In this document: in pieces, positions 1 through 11,100 of the stretch
Position numbering within the stretch: position 1 is the stretch's first letter
Layout of the letters: each line of letters begins with the position of its first letter
Assembly (NCBI GenBank): GCA_964421635.1
Contig: CAYQWZ010000005.1
Span: 2,748 to 66,747, forward strand
Direction: 5' to 3'
Length of the DNA stretch: 64,000 bases
Source: an uncultured Candidatus Saccharibacteria bacterium
Lineage (GTDB): Bacteria > Patescibacteriota > UBA1384 > CAILIB01 > JAUSJZ01
Notes under the pieces: model-generated
What the model was told of the DNA's origin: nothing
Database searches by the model: none
The model's input: the letters and a program-made list of their open reading frames with translations, nothing else
Program-made: the position numbers and the translations under genes

Positions 1-504
1 CTCATCAGCAAAGATAATCTGCGGGTCATTAATAAGGGCGCGAGCAATGGCCACTCTTTGTTGTTGACCGCCTGATAATTGATTGGAAAAATGATGTAGG
101 CGGTCACCAAGCCCGACTCGTTCTAACGCTTTGCGAGCGCGACCGTCAGCATCAGCTTTATTAATATGATACTGAATTGGTAATTTAACATTATCGAGGG
201 CAGTAGTGCGAGATAGTAGGTTAAACTGCTGAAAGACAAATCCTACCCAATCGGAACGAAGTTCTGCTCGATCTTCATCTTTTAAATGAGCCACACTTTT
301 ACCATCAATCTTAACTGTGCCGCTATTCGGCGTATCTAGTAATCCTAATATATGCATGAGAGTAGATTTGCCTGAGCCAGAAGGTCCAATAATTGCAATA
401 AATTCTCCGCGCTCAATATTTAAATTTACTTCACGCAAAGCCCAAATAGAAACACCATCGAGATCGTAATGCTTCGTTATATTATCGACTTCAATAAAGG
501 CCAT
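1..504 (-). CDS. ABC transporter ATP-binding protein (MacB/LolD type), 3' end runs off the window
   Basis: Manual translation from ATG at 504: MAFIEVDNITKHYDLDG...GPSGSGKST (Walker A)...FVFQQFNLL...LSGGQQQRVAIARAL...IIFADE; directly downstream of the adaptor gene. Confidence 0.95.
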   Translation of the reverse strand, partial: MAFIEVDNITKHYDLDGVSIWALREVNLNIERGEFIAIIGPSGSGKSTLMHILGLLDTPNSGTVKIDGKSVAHLKDEDRAELRSDWVGFVFQQFNLLSRTTALDNVKLPIQYHINKADADGRARKALERVGLGDRLHHFSNQLSGGQQQRVAIARALINDPQIIFADE

Positions 505-505
505 T

Positions 506-1747
506 TTACTCCTCTATTTCTACCTCAGCCGAATCCTCTAAATCTCTCACATTATTGCTGACCACAACTTGATCTCCCAGACTTACTCCAGACAACACCT
601 GCGCATCTGTGGCAGATTCAATGCCCAGCTCTACAACTGTTTTTTCAGCCCTACCGTCACGGTAAACATATACTATGTCATCGTCATCTTCAACAATAAT
701 GGCGCGAGATGGAATTGATAGAACATCGGAAACAGTTTCAATTTTAAAACTTGCTTGTCCTGAAAATCCGGCTCTAAAAGTCTTTAACGGCTTATCAATT
801 GTGATAACAACAATATAAATTTCACTACCAGTTGAGTTTAGAGTTGAAGTGCCTGACACATATTGAATTTTGCCAGAAAATGTTTCACCTGGATAAGAGT
901 CAATTTCTAAGTCAACTTCTTGACCAGCAACCAAATTAGCCACATCTGTTTCATCAACTTCAGCTTCAAATCTTAATGCGCTAGGATTAAATACGGTGAC
1001 TACATGCTGCCCTTGAGTTGTCACTTTTTGTGAAACCGCCACTAACTGACCAGAGGCGTCACGAGCTAAACTGACAACTCCTGAAATTGGAGTCAACACA
1101 GTTTTGTTATCATAGTTTTTTTGAGCAGCAGTAAGTACCGCTTCGGCAGAAGTGACAGCCTGTTCAGCCGATTTTAAATCAAGGGCATCTGGGTTTGCCT
1201 CTAAAGCTGCGTGATAAGTTTTTAAAGCTAATTCATGAGCAGTAATAGCTGCATTCCAAGCCGCTTTATTAGTCTCATTATTTGTTTGGTCATAAGCAAA
1301 ATGGGCAGCATCTCGAGCAGCTCTTGCTTGATCAACAGCCGCTTGATAGTAAGTTATATCAATATCATTTAAAACAGATTCTTTAGCTGTTTCGCGCGCC
1401 TGTTTTGTCTGTAATAAAGCTAGCTCGGCTGCTTGTACAGCAGAATTAAGAGCTTCTTCTTTGTATGAATAAAGCGCTTGACCGGCAGCCACCGCTTGGC
1501 CTTCTTGTACAAAAACTTGATCAATTTGCGCCGTTAGGGGAGCATAAACATTATTACTATCTGGGGCTTTCAGTTCACCTGAAGTAGAAATAGTTTTGGT
1601 GATTGTTTTTGTTGCCACTTTGTCTAATTCAACAATTGGCTTCTTGCCATTGCCGCCAAACACCACAAAAAGAATAATTATTACTACTAGCCAGAGCCAC
1701 CAACGCGTCTTCAAAGACTTTATTAAAGATTTAAATATTTTTTTCAT
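506..1747 (-). CDS. Efflux transporter periplasmic adaptor subunit (MacA/HlyD family)
   Basis: N-terminal TM helix, lipoyl-like halves (VYAPLTAQIDQVFVQEGQAV; TPISGVV), helical hairpin, beta-barrel EVDETDV..GQEV, C-terminal VELGI..AQVLSGVSLGDQVV. Confidence 0.92.
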   Translation of the reverse strand: MKKIFKSLIKSLKTRWWLWLVVIIILFVVFGGNGKKPIVELDKVATKTITKTISTSGELKAPDSNNVYAPLTAQIDQVFVQEGQAVAAGQALYSYKEEALNSAVQAAELALLQTKQARETAKESVLNDIDITYYQAAVDQARAARDAAHFAYDQTNNETNKAAWNAAITAHELALKTYHAALEANPDALDLKSAEQAVTSAEAVLTAAQKNYDNKTVLTPISGVVSLARDASGQLVAVSQKVTTQGQHVVTVFNPSALRFEAEVDETDVANLVAGQEVDLEIDSYPGETFSGKIQYVSGTSTLNSTGSEIYIVVITIDKPLKTFRAGFSGQASFKIETVSDVLSIPSRAIIVEDDDDIVYVYRDGRAEKTVVELGIESATDAQVLSGVSLGDQVVVSNNVRDLEDSAEVEIEE

Positions 1748-1864
1748 TAAACTTATTATACCCTTTTTAATTTACCCGAATATGCTAACAGAAAAATAAT
1801 ATTTTGTCACGAAAATTTCACAATTGAGCGCTATTATGAGTCTAATATAAGTAACTACCTATAT

Positions 1865-2053
1865 ATGGACACCAAAGCATGGGGGGCAGTTCTTCTTTTA
1901 GTAGGAGGATTAGTTCACTTGTGGCCTGGCCTTGACGAATGGCTGACCACAATTGCTGGTGGAAATCAGCCTTGGCTGCAAATGGTAGTAGGATTAGCCT
2001 CAATTATTGTGGCTATCGCCCTATTATCAAAGACCAGCTCAGATACTGCTTAA
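1865..2053 (+). CDS. Small two-TM membrane protein
   Basis: 62-aa ORF with two hydrophobic segments; TATTAT/TAATAT boxes shortly upstream. Confidence 0.7.
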   Translation: MDTKAWGAVLLLVGGLVHLWPGLDEWLTTIAGGNQPWLQMVVGLASIIVAIALLSKTSSDTA

Positions 2054-2119
2054 TTTTTAATTAACAGCTCTGACAAAGGCTTAATTTGGCTGTAATTTTG
2101 GATTTAATAAGATAATTGC

Positions 2120-2620
2120 ATGAATACGAAAACAAAAATCTTATTAATTACAGCTGTTTTTTTAATACTAGTTTTAGCCAAACAGGCACAGGCGATATTT
2201 ATTGTTGAAAAAAGTGTCAAGAATAACATTATTCGTACGGGTGAAATTAATTTTGTGCTCAGTCCAGAAGAAGCCTGGTTAACCTCTGAAAATTTAGTGC
2301 CAGGCCAAACTATCTCTAATGAATTCACTCTCAAGAATACGGGTAGTGCCCCATTAGTAGCTACAATATCTGCAAAAAAATCTGCTGGTTATAAAAACTT
2401 ATTTGATACTTTAATTATTTCTATTAAAGATAACGAACAGCTTATATATGAAGGGCCAGCGTCTGAGATGCTTGAGGCTCAACTATTTTCAGATCCGCTA
2501 GCAGTCGATGTTGAAAAGAAATTCAGTATTCAGGCTCATTTGCCGACAGATGTTAATTCAACGGTCGATAACACCTATTCTAATTTAACTTTTGTGGTAG
2601 AGTCCAAACAAGCTGCGTAA
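2120..2620 (+). CDS. TasA/camelysin-like secreted protein with SipW-type signal
   Basis: Signal ending AQA-IF, then NNIIRTGEINF and ENLVPGQTISNEFTLKNTGS, resembling TasA/CalY N-termini. Confidence 0.65.
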   Translation: MNTKTKILLITAVFLILVLAKQAQAIFIVEKSVKNNIIRTGEINFVLSPEEAWLTSENLVPGQTISNEFTLKNTGSAPLVATISAKKSAGYKNLFDTLIISIKDNEQLIYEGPASEMLEAQLFSDPLAVDVEKKFSIQAHLPTDVNSTVDNTYSNLTFVVESKQAA

Positions 2621-2637
2621 TTGTATATAATAAAAAT

Positions 2638-3681
2638 GTGAAGAGAATAATTATTGTTTTATTATTGACTGTTTTTAGCAGCTCATTAGCTTCGGCTGTT
2701 GAGCAAACTAGTAGTGATAATTACATTATTGAACAACCATCTTTTTCTGGCGGTTCAAATACTAGCGATTCAGATAATTTCTCAACTCGCGGTACTGTTG
2801 GTGACACCTCAGATCTAGGACTAGAGAGTGACAATTATTCTCTTGACGCCACCGAAGCTGCTTCTCGCCAAGCTGATGTTCTGCCCAAACCAACCTTAGA
2901 GAATGATAATGATTACTTCGATAGGTTAAGAATTACTATTGATGAACAAGATAATCCTTCTGACACAAAATATGCCATTGCCATTTCTAAAGATAACTTT
3001 TCGACTTTCAGCTATGTACAGCAAGACTTAACTATAGGTTCAAGCTTGAGTAGTGAAGATTGGCTAATTTTCGCTGAACTTGGGGAAGCTGATGGAGAAT
3101 TAATTATAGGCTTAGATGAGAACACTAGTTACAAAGTAAGGGTGGCTGCTTTTCATGGTGATTTCTCAACTACTCGCTACTCCGCAACTTCAGATGAAGC
3201 TACTACTAGTTCAAGCTATTTGAGATTATCCTCAGATAAAGAAAGCTGCAGTTTGGGAACTTTAACCGAACTTGCCACCGCCACCTGCAACTACAATTTA
3301 AGTTTTTCTTCGAACTATTATGGTGGTTTAAAAATTACGACTAGTGGTTCTACACTAACTTCGGGCGGAAATAAAATTGAAGCTATTGGCTCAACCGCTG
3401 TTGCATCACAAACCGGAATAGAACAGTTCGGTTTTAACGCTAAAGCTAATTCTAATCCGGCGGTTGGTCAAGAGCCAGTCGGCAGCAACATTACTATCAA
3501 TAATCCTTTCACCACCAAAGACTTATTCGCCTTTAGTGAAAATATCGAACAAGACACATTAACCACAGATTCAATAACGGCTACTTCAACCAGCACTATT
3601 TCAATTATTGTCAACGCCGCCTCAGACACAGAGCCGGGCAGCTACCAGACAACAATAACCCACACTATTTATGCCAACTAA
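2638..3681 (+). CDS. Secreted beta-rich surface protein (FN3-like middle, WxL-like C-terminal domain)
   Basis: Signal peptide; GLDENTSYKVRVAA FN3-like strand; C-terminal EQFGFN...TEPGSYQTTITHTI resembles WxL-type ends. Confidence 0.55.
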   Translation: MKRIIIVLLLTVFSSSLASAVEQTSSDNYIIEQPSFSGGSNTSDSDNFSTRGTVGDTSDLGLESDNYSLDATEAASRQADVLPKPTLENDNDYFDRLRITIDEQDNPSDTKYAIAISKDNFSTFSYVQQDLTIGSSLSSEDWLIFAELGEADGELIIGLDENTSYKVRVAAFHGDFSTTRYSATSDEATTSSSYLRLSSDKESCSLGTLTELATATCNYNLSFSSNYYGGLKITTSGSTLTSGGNKIEAIGSTAVASQTGIEQFGFNAKANSNPAVGQEPVGSNITINNPFTTKDLFAFSENIEQDTLTTDSITATSTSTISIIVNAASDTEPGSYQTTITHTIYAN

Positions 3682-4528
3682 ATTGGTTGTCTTTTTTTTA
3701 TTAATCCTTCTTTTTCCATCTTTAGCTTGGGGGGCAGATTTGTCTGTGTCGCCAGCAAAACAGCATTTAACAATTAGTTCAACCCAAAACGAGCCAGTTA
3801 AATTAATTGTCAGAAATCACAGCACCAAAAACACCACCATAAATATTGAGACTCGAAATTTAGATAGTAGTTCTACTAGCAGAGTAGAAGAGTGGGTGAC
3901 CTATAGCAATAACAATTTTAATTTAAATGCCAATAGCAGTCAGGAAGTTATGGCTGAAATTAATCCTTCCAATAGTGTGCCAAGCGGCGCATACAGTATA
4001 GGATTAGTAGTTTCGGCCTCTGACCCATCGGTAGAAAGTCAGAACGCAACCGTCGATACTCAAATTACGAGCACAATCTTAATCAATTATTTTTCGAATA
4101 GTGACACCTCCGCCGGAATTGAGGGGATTGACTTAAATACTGAAGCACTAGAAATATCTAGCTATAAAATAAATAATAATTATTTTTGGCCGCAAGCCTT
4201 GCGAGTCGAATTTAATTTAAAAAATAATTCTAAATTCTTTGGAGTGCCACACGGCTTGGTTCGTCTTACTAATTCCAAAGGTGAAGTCGTCAAACAGGCA
4301 AAAATTAATATTTCAGCAAAAGAATTAATGCCCGAACAAACTGCCGAATATTATGTCGACATTAGTAAACCATTTTTCACTACAGGTAATTTCAACATCG
4401 AAATTATCGCTAGCTTGCAAGAAGAGAAGCCAGCAGTGATGCAAAAAAATGTTTTTCTTTTTCCGTGGGTGGGAGTTTTGATACTCTTGCTTATTTACGG
4501 AGGATTCAAACTAAAAGCAAAACACTAA
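3671..4528 (+). CDS. DUF916/WxL-interacting-like Ig-fold protein with C-terminal TM anchor
   Basis: Signal peptide, LSVSPAK, VPSGAYSIGLVV, second Ig domain (NLKNNSKFFGVPHG), C-terminal hydrophobic anchor plus basic tail. Confidence 0.6.
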   Translation: MPTKLVVFFLLILLFPSLAWGADLSVSPAKQHLTISSTQNEPVKLIVRNHSTKNTTINIETRNLDSSSTSRVEEWVTYSNNNFNLNANSSQEVMAEINPSNSVPSGAYSIGLVVSASDPSVESQNATVDTQITSTILINYFSNSDTSAGIEGIDLNTEALEISSYKINNNYFWPQALRVEFNLKNNSKFFGVPHGLVRLTNSKGEVVKQAKINISAKELMPEQTAEYYVDISKPFFTTGNFNIEIIASLQEEKPAVMQKNVFLFPWVGVLILLLIYGGFKLKAKH

Positions 4529-5098
4529 ATGTCAGCTAAAATAATAGTAGTGAAAAAAATATTTTATGGTGCAATCTGTTCACTGCTAGTTCTCGGTTTT
4601 GCTTTATCAGCTCAAGCCGACAACATCCAGATAACTACCTTAGTGGACACTTCCGGCTCCACCTATAATGCCAGTTTAATTATTGAACCTGAGGCAGTAC
4701 TAGCAGATGGTCAAAGCCAGGCAGTCGTCTTAATATTCATGCGTAACGCTCAGAACGAACCGGTGGCGAATAAAACAATATCCTTAACTACTTCTAGACC
4801 CGATAAGGATGACATTGAAGAAACTCACCCGACAACCGGAGTCGACGGAGTAGCTTATTTTAAATTAAAATCTCAGTTTGAAGGCGACACTATTGTTACG
4901 GCTAGTTTAGGTGAAACCAAAGTCGGAGAAGGGCAGCTAAACTTTTTTAAAAAAAGCCGAGTCTTCTTTTTAACTAATAGTCCTTTAATGGCGGCGGCCG
5001 GATTTTTTGTCATTTTTGAGCTGCTCCGCTTCATATGGTTGTTATTCTTTAAAAAACGCCAACACCAAAAGCAAAAAGAGTGGGTACAGAAATATTAA
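4529..5098 (+). CDS. Invasin/intimin-type Ig domain (Big_1) membrane-anchored protein
   Basis: VLADGQSQAVV...NAQNEPVANKTISL...TTGVDGVAYF..S...GDTIVTA motif; signal peptide and C-terminal TM. Confidence 0.75.
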   Translation: MSAKIIVVKKIFYGAICSLLVLGFALSAQADNIQITTLVDTSGSTYNASLIIEPEAVLADGQSQAVVLIFMRNAQNEPVANKTISLTTSRPDKDDIEETHPTTGVDGVAYFKLKSQFEGDTIVTASLGETKVGEGQLNFFKKSRVFFLTNSPLMAAAGFFVIFELLRFIWLLFFKKRQHQKQKEWVQKY

Positions 5099-5180
5099 TA
5101 GTTTCCCACAACCTCGACCCTAGTAACGGCCTTGTTTCTACCTTGTTCTAATCTGTAATTCGTGAGAAAATATATATCAG

Positions 5181-8100
5181 ATGAAAGGAGGGCAAATAAC
5201 CAGAGAGTTTAAGTTGTGGAGGCCCTTATCCCGAGTTTTTGTTTGGGCGGTTTTAGCGTTGGTAGTTTTTGTACCTTTGCAGGCCGAGTCTGCCATTAAT
5301 AAACAGCTACAATTTTCAGGCAAACTTACCAAGTCAGACAAAACTAATGTTACTAATGGAGCGTACGGTTTTAAATTTGAAATTTTTAGCGTTGCTTCTG
5401 GCGGCTCAGCTTTATGGACAGAAACTTGGAATGGCTCAAGTTCAAAAATAACAGTCACCGACGGATTATTCTCAATTGCTTTGGGCACTTACACAGATTT
5501 AAGTGTCGTAGATTTTAATAGCTCAAGCTTATATTTAGCAATTTCGTTTGACCCTGGAAACGACGGTACATACGAAGAACTATTTACTACCCGCATCCGT
5601 CTGACCTCAAGCCCTTACTCCCTAAACTCTGACAAACTTGATGGAAAGGATGAAAGTGAATTCGCCGATTTATCCGAAGCCGAAACCATTTCTAATGACT
5701 GGTTATTTGGCGAGGATATCCGTTTTGGTGATGCTGACAATAGTAATTACATCGGTTTTCAGGCTCCAGCCAATATTTCTACGAATGTCATTTGGACTTT
5801 GCCAAGTGTTGACGGCACAGTTAATCAAGTATTAAAGACTGACGGTAATGGCACTCTTAGCTGGGCCGATAGCAGTAGTGGCACTATTGATTTAACTTCC
5901 GAAGTTACGGGCACATTGCCTATTACTAACGGCGGTACCGGCCAAATTACAGCTGCCAATGCTATTAATGCACTCTTGCCAACCCAAACTGGAAATAGTG
6001 GCAAGTATTTAACCACTAACGGTTCAGTCTCCAGCTGGGCCGCAGTTGCTGGAGGAGGCGCTAGTAATATAGCCGACCTAGACGATGTCACTATATCTTC
6101 CGTGGCAGACAATGAAATTTTTCAGTATGATAATGGAACATCAAAATGGATTAATCAAACTTTTGCTGAAGCTGGTATCGCCGTCACGGGTGATCTGCAC
6201 GATGCGGTGACAGTAGTAGACAGCGACACTATTGACTTCACTCTCTCCACGCAACAGATTACCGCAATCGTCATCGCCGACTCCATCGACGATACTCACA
6301 TTGATTGGGGCTCGGGTGCCAACCAAGTTGATTTGGACGACATTCCCGATGGCACTTCATACGAACGAGTGGCGGCCGCGCAGTTAAGTTCTGGAATCTA
6401 TATTGATGCTTCAACTGCCACTAAAGGTATCGCCTCTTTCACTGCCGCCGACTTTGATGCTGCCTCGGGTGTAATCTCTATTGACTACGCTAACGGGACC
6501 GCAGCTTCAGGTGCAGCTAAAGGTTTCTTAACCGCTGCCGACTGGACTACCTTTAATAGTAAACAAGCAGCTGGTAGCTACATCACTTCGTTTACCCTAG
6601 CCGGTACCTCGGGCTCCAACCAGACCATCTCTCAAGGAGACACTTTAACCATTGCTGCCGGTACAGATATCACCACTACAGGCGGAGCAACAGATATAAT
6701 AACTGTCGCTAACTCTTCTACTTTGGCTACTGTTACTGGTAGAGGAGCTACGACAACCACCTTGGTTAACTTAGATGGTGGTATTGCCGTTGACACCTCG
6801 AACTTCACGGTTTCTGGAACAACTGGAGCGACTGCTATCACGGCTGTTAACGCCGCTTCTGGCTCCCTAAACGCTCTTGGTCTGTCTGGAACACTGGGCA
6901 TTTTTAACGGCACCGACACCTTCCGTGGCATCTATCTTAACTACACCAACGCCAACCACACTGGTTCATCCAATTATGTTTACGGCTTAGATATTGCGGC
7001 TATTACTGCTGATGCGGAAGCTACAGAGCGGGCTATTAATGTTGGAGTTGGCTGGGATGTTGGATTATACATTGCTGATGCTGCTACCTATTCCCTGCAG
7101 TTAGCTTCCACAGATGGTGATGCCGCTTCGGGTATTACATTTGGAACAGATACCAACCTCTACCGCTCCGCTGCTAATACTCTAAAAACAGATGACGCGC
7201 TAATTGTTACCGGACACACTACCTTTGAAGGAGTCACCTCTACAGGTGCTACGGGTACTGGCAAACTAGTTTACGGCACTTCACCTACTTTAGCTACTCC
7301 TATCTTAGGAGCAGCTACCTACACTACCTTATCTGGTGGTAATATAACTAATTCAGCTTTAACTTCGGGTAGACTTACTTACGCCGGTACTTCAGGAATC
7401 CTTCAAGACTCTGCCAATATGACATTTGGCGCTACCTATGGATTAACTCTAGCTGCTGGTTCTACTTCTGGTTTACAGCTATCTTCAACGGCTGGTACGG
7501 CGGCGGGTGGAATCCTTCTTGGTACGGACACTAACATTTATCGCTCCGCTGCTAATATTTTAAAGACAGATGATTCCTTTACTGTTGGTACTAATCTTGT
7601 AGTAACAGGGTCCACAACTTTAGATACATCTTTGACTGGAATGGTTAAAGCTTCTTCGGGGGTTATCTCAGCCGCGTCAGCTGGAACAGATTATCTTGTT
7701 CCCGGCGGTACATTGTTTACCCTAGCCGGTACCTCAGGCTCTAACCAGACTATCTCGCAAGGGAACACTCTAACCATCGCTGCCGGAACAGATATTACTA
7801 CTACTGGTGGGGCTACGGATACTGTAACTGTTGCTAACTCATCTACTCTAGCTACGGTTACAGGTAGAGGAGCTACTACTACCACTTTAACTAATCTTGA
7901 TGGCGGTATTGCTATAGATACGGACAACTTTACCGTTTCGGGGACTTCCGGTGCCCTAGCCATTGCTGGCGCCATGACTACCGGAACTGCTGCTAACATC
8001 TCTTTTGATAGTGCCGGACAGACTGGCGCTTTAACTGGCCTAAATGTAGATTTTTCCAATATCACAGCTGACGGCACCAATACTGTTTATGGCATTCATG

Positions 8101-11100
8101 TTCAAGATCCAGTTTCTAATACAGCTAGTACCGAATACGGAATCTACCAAGCTGGCACTAACTGGGATTATGGTGGCTATTTTGAAGACGATCTTCGTAC
8201 AACCGGCATGGACATTCAACAAGCTAGTGCTGATCCGCAAATTCACTTTGATTTCTACTCCTCCGGAGCAAGCGATAACACTGGTGAAACAGTCGCCGGC
8301 ACTGGCGCTGATGATGCTTCTATGGGAACAATTGCTTGGTCTAACCCCAGCAGAGTTACGGCTGATGATGGGTCACGAGCACAGTGTATCTTTTCTGGAG
8401 TCAGCACCTGTCACTATCTCAAAGCAACAAACTTTGGTTTTAGCATTCCCGAAGGCTCATCTATCATCGGCATAGTGGCAACAGTAGAAGGATTGTGTCC
8501 GGTATGGTCAGGTGCGGCTACATGGGAATCTGTACGACTAGTTGATGGAGACGGGACTATTGTGGGAGATGATAAATCCCCGGATACTGCTTTTCCTTCT
8601 GGCGAAGATACAAAAACTGATTTTGGTGCATCCGATAACACCTGGAGCGCCTCTCTAGATAGAAATGACATCAATGATTCAGATTTTGGTTTTGTTTTTA
8701 CAGGTTCAAGATCAGGAGGACTTAACTCCCAACTGTTAATTGATGCTATGTACGTCACGGTCTATTATTCCAGCGCCGAACAAGACTACGACTGGACCAT
8801 GGGTATTGATGAAGATGCCGGTGGAATATTTGCTATCTCCAGAAGCGCCGGTACGCTGGGTAGTAATAACGCTCTCACAATCGATTCAAACAGCGACGTC
8901 ACCATCTCTTCCGACTTATCTGTCACGGACACCTTGACCGTAAACGGAGTCAACGCCGCTGGTGGTTCTGCTGATGCCACCACACTAACGGGCACTCTGG
9001 GTGCTATGGATGGTTCTGATACTTACCGCGGCTTGTATCTCAATTACACCAACGCTGACCACACCGGTGCCAGTAATGTTTTTTATGGATTAGATATTGC
9101 CGGTATTACTGCCGACGCCGACGCCACCGAATATGCAATGAATATTGGAGCCGGCTGGGATGCTGGTCTTTATATCGCTGATGGTGCCACTTATTCCTTA
9201 CAGTTAGCCTCCACTGATGGCGATGCGGCTTCAGGAATAACTTTTGGTACAGACACTAACCTCTACCGCAGTGCTGCTGACACCCTGAAAACAGATGATG
9301 CCTTAATTGTTACTGGCCATACCACCTTTGAGGGAGTTACTTCTACAGGTGCTACTGGTACCGGAAAGTTAGTCTACGACAACACACCCACTTTAATTAC
9401 CCCTGCCCTGGGAGCAGCCACCTACACTACCTTATCTGGTGGTAATATAACCAATTCAGCTTTAACTTCGGGTAGAGTTACTTATGCTGGCACAGCCGGA
9501 ATCCTGCAAGACTCTGCCAACATGACATTTGATACCACAAACGGTCTAAAGCTGGCCGCCGGAAGCGCATCCGCTCTTCAACTCACCTCAACCGCTGGAA
9601 CCTCAGTGGGTGGAGTTATGTTTGGTGCAGATACTAATTTATATCGTGTCTATGATACGGAAGCCCGATTACAAACAGATAATCCTCTAAATGTTGGTGG
9701 AACAATACAAATAAATCCATTTATCAGTGGTGGTGGTTATGTTTCTACCTACTCCTATCGTGATGATACAGGTGGTGGTGGACTTTCAACAAATGCCGCT
9801 AGAGGCACAAGGGCCACCCCAACTGTAATTCACGATGACGACTATTTAGGTAACTTTAACTTTAATGGTTACGATGGAAATTCTTATGAAATAGGTGGTC
9901 AGTTTAGATTTATGGTTGATGGAACAGTTAGCGATGGGGTTGTACCGGGAAGGTTTGAAGTAAATACAACTACTTCTGGAGGAGTATCAACTTTAGGACT
10001 AACTTTAGATAGTGCCCAAAAGCTCTGGCTTGGTAGCACCTTAGACACCAACCTTTATCGCGGTGCCGCTAATGAATTAACAACCGATGATCTCCTCTCC
10101 TTCAGCTCGACTAAAGCTGCCAACGCCGTCGACTTCAAATCCTACAAACCAGATAGCGCTGGCGGAGCTCAGTTCTTATTTAACACTTCAGCCGCAATTT
10201 CATCCGCCACCATCTTTGCTGTACAAGAGAATGGTACAAACGCATTTCTAATTGATAAAGATAATCAAGTCTTAATGCCCGCTGTTTATAACGACACTGT
10301 TGGTGGCACTAATCGCGACTTATTTATAGATAACACTGGTAAACTGGGATATGTCGTCTCTTCAGAAAGATATAAAGAGAACATAGTAGCATTGCAGAAC
10401 AATAACACTGACTGGCTTTATGACCTACGACCAGTATCCTTTGATTATAAAGATAAAAATCTCGGCGTAGATCAAATTGGTTTAATAGCCGAAGAGGTAG
10501 CCGAAATATTCCCTAATATTGTTAGCTACAGCCGTGAAAATCCAAATCTGGCTGAGACAGTTAGTTACAGTAAATTAGTTGTGCCGTTGCTTAACGAAGT
10601 ACAAAATCTTAACCAAGACTTGTCTACTGTAGATATTGCAGTAGCACAAATTCAGTCGGACATTATTGAAAGACTGACCACTCAGACTGCTATCCTTAAT
10701 ACCATTGAAAGCTCTGCCGGTAAAGATTTGGTACTCAAATCAAGTTCAGGCAAAGTTATTGTTGATTCTTCTATTGAGGTAAACGGCAAAGTGATCTTTC
10801 ATAATGATCTGACTGTCCACGGAGAAATCGCTGGTGTTAGTATTGACCTTGAAGAAAATAAATCGACTGGTCGAGGTACAATAGTCAATAACGAAGATAA
10901 GGTATATATCAAAACAGATATTATTGAGCCAGACGACAAGGTACTGCTAACACCTATTATCACAAATAAAAACGAAACTGACTTACAGGGTAACAGCGTT
11001 CAGCTTTACAGAGGTATTATAGATGAGGGCATCGGATTTTGGGTACACGTCATTAGCAGTCGCGATTTAGAGAAAGAATTGCCGTTCGATTGGCTAATAG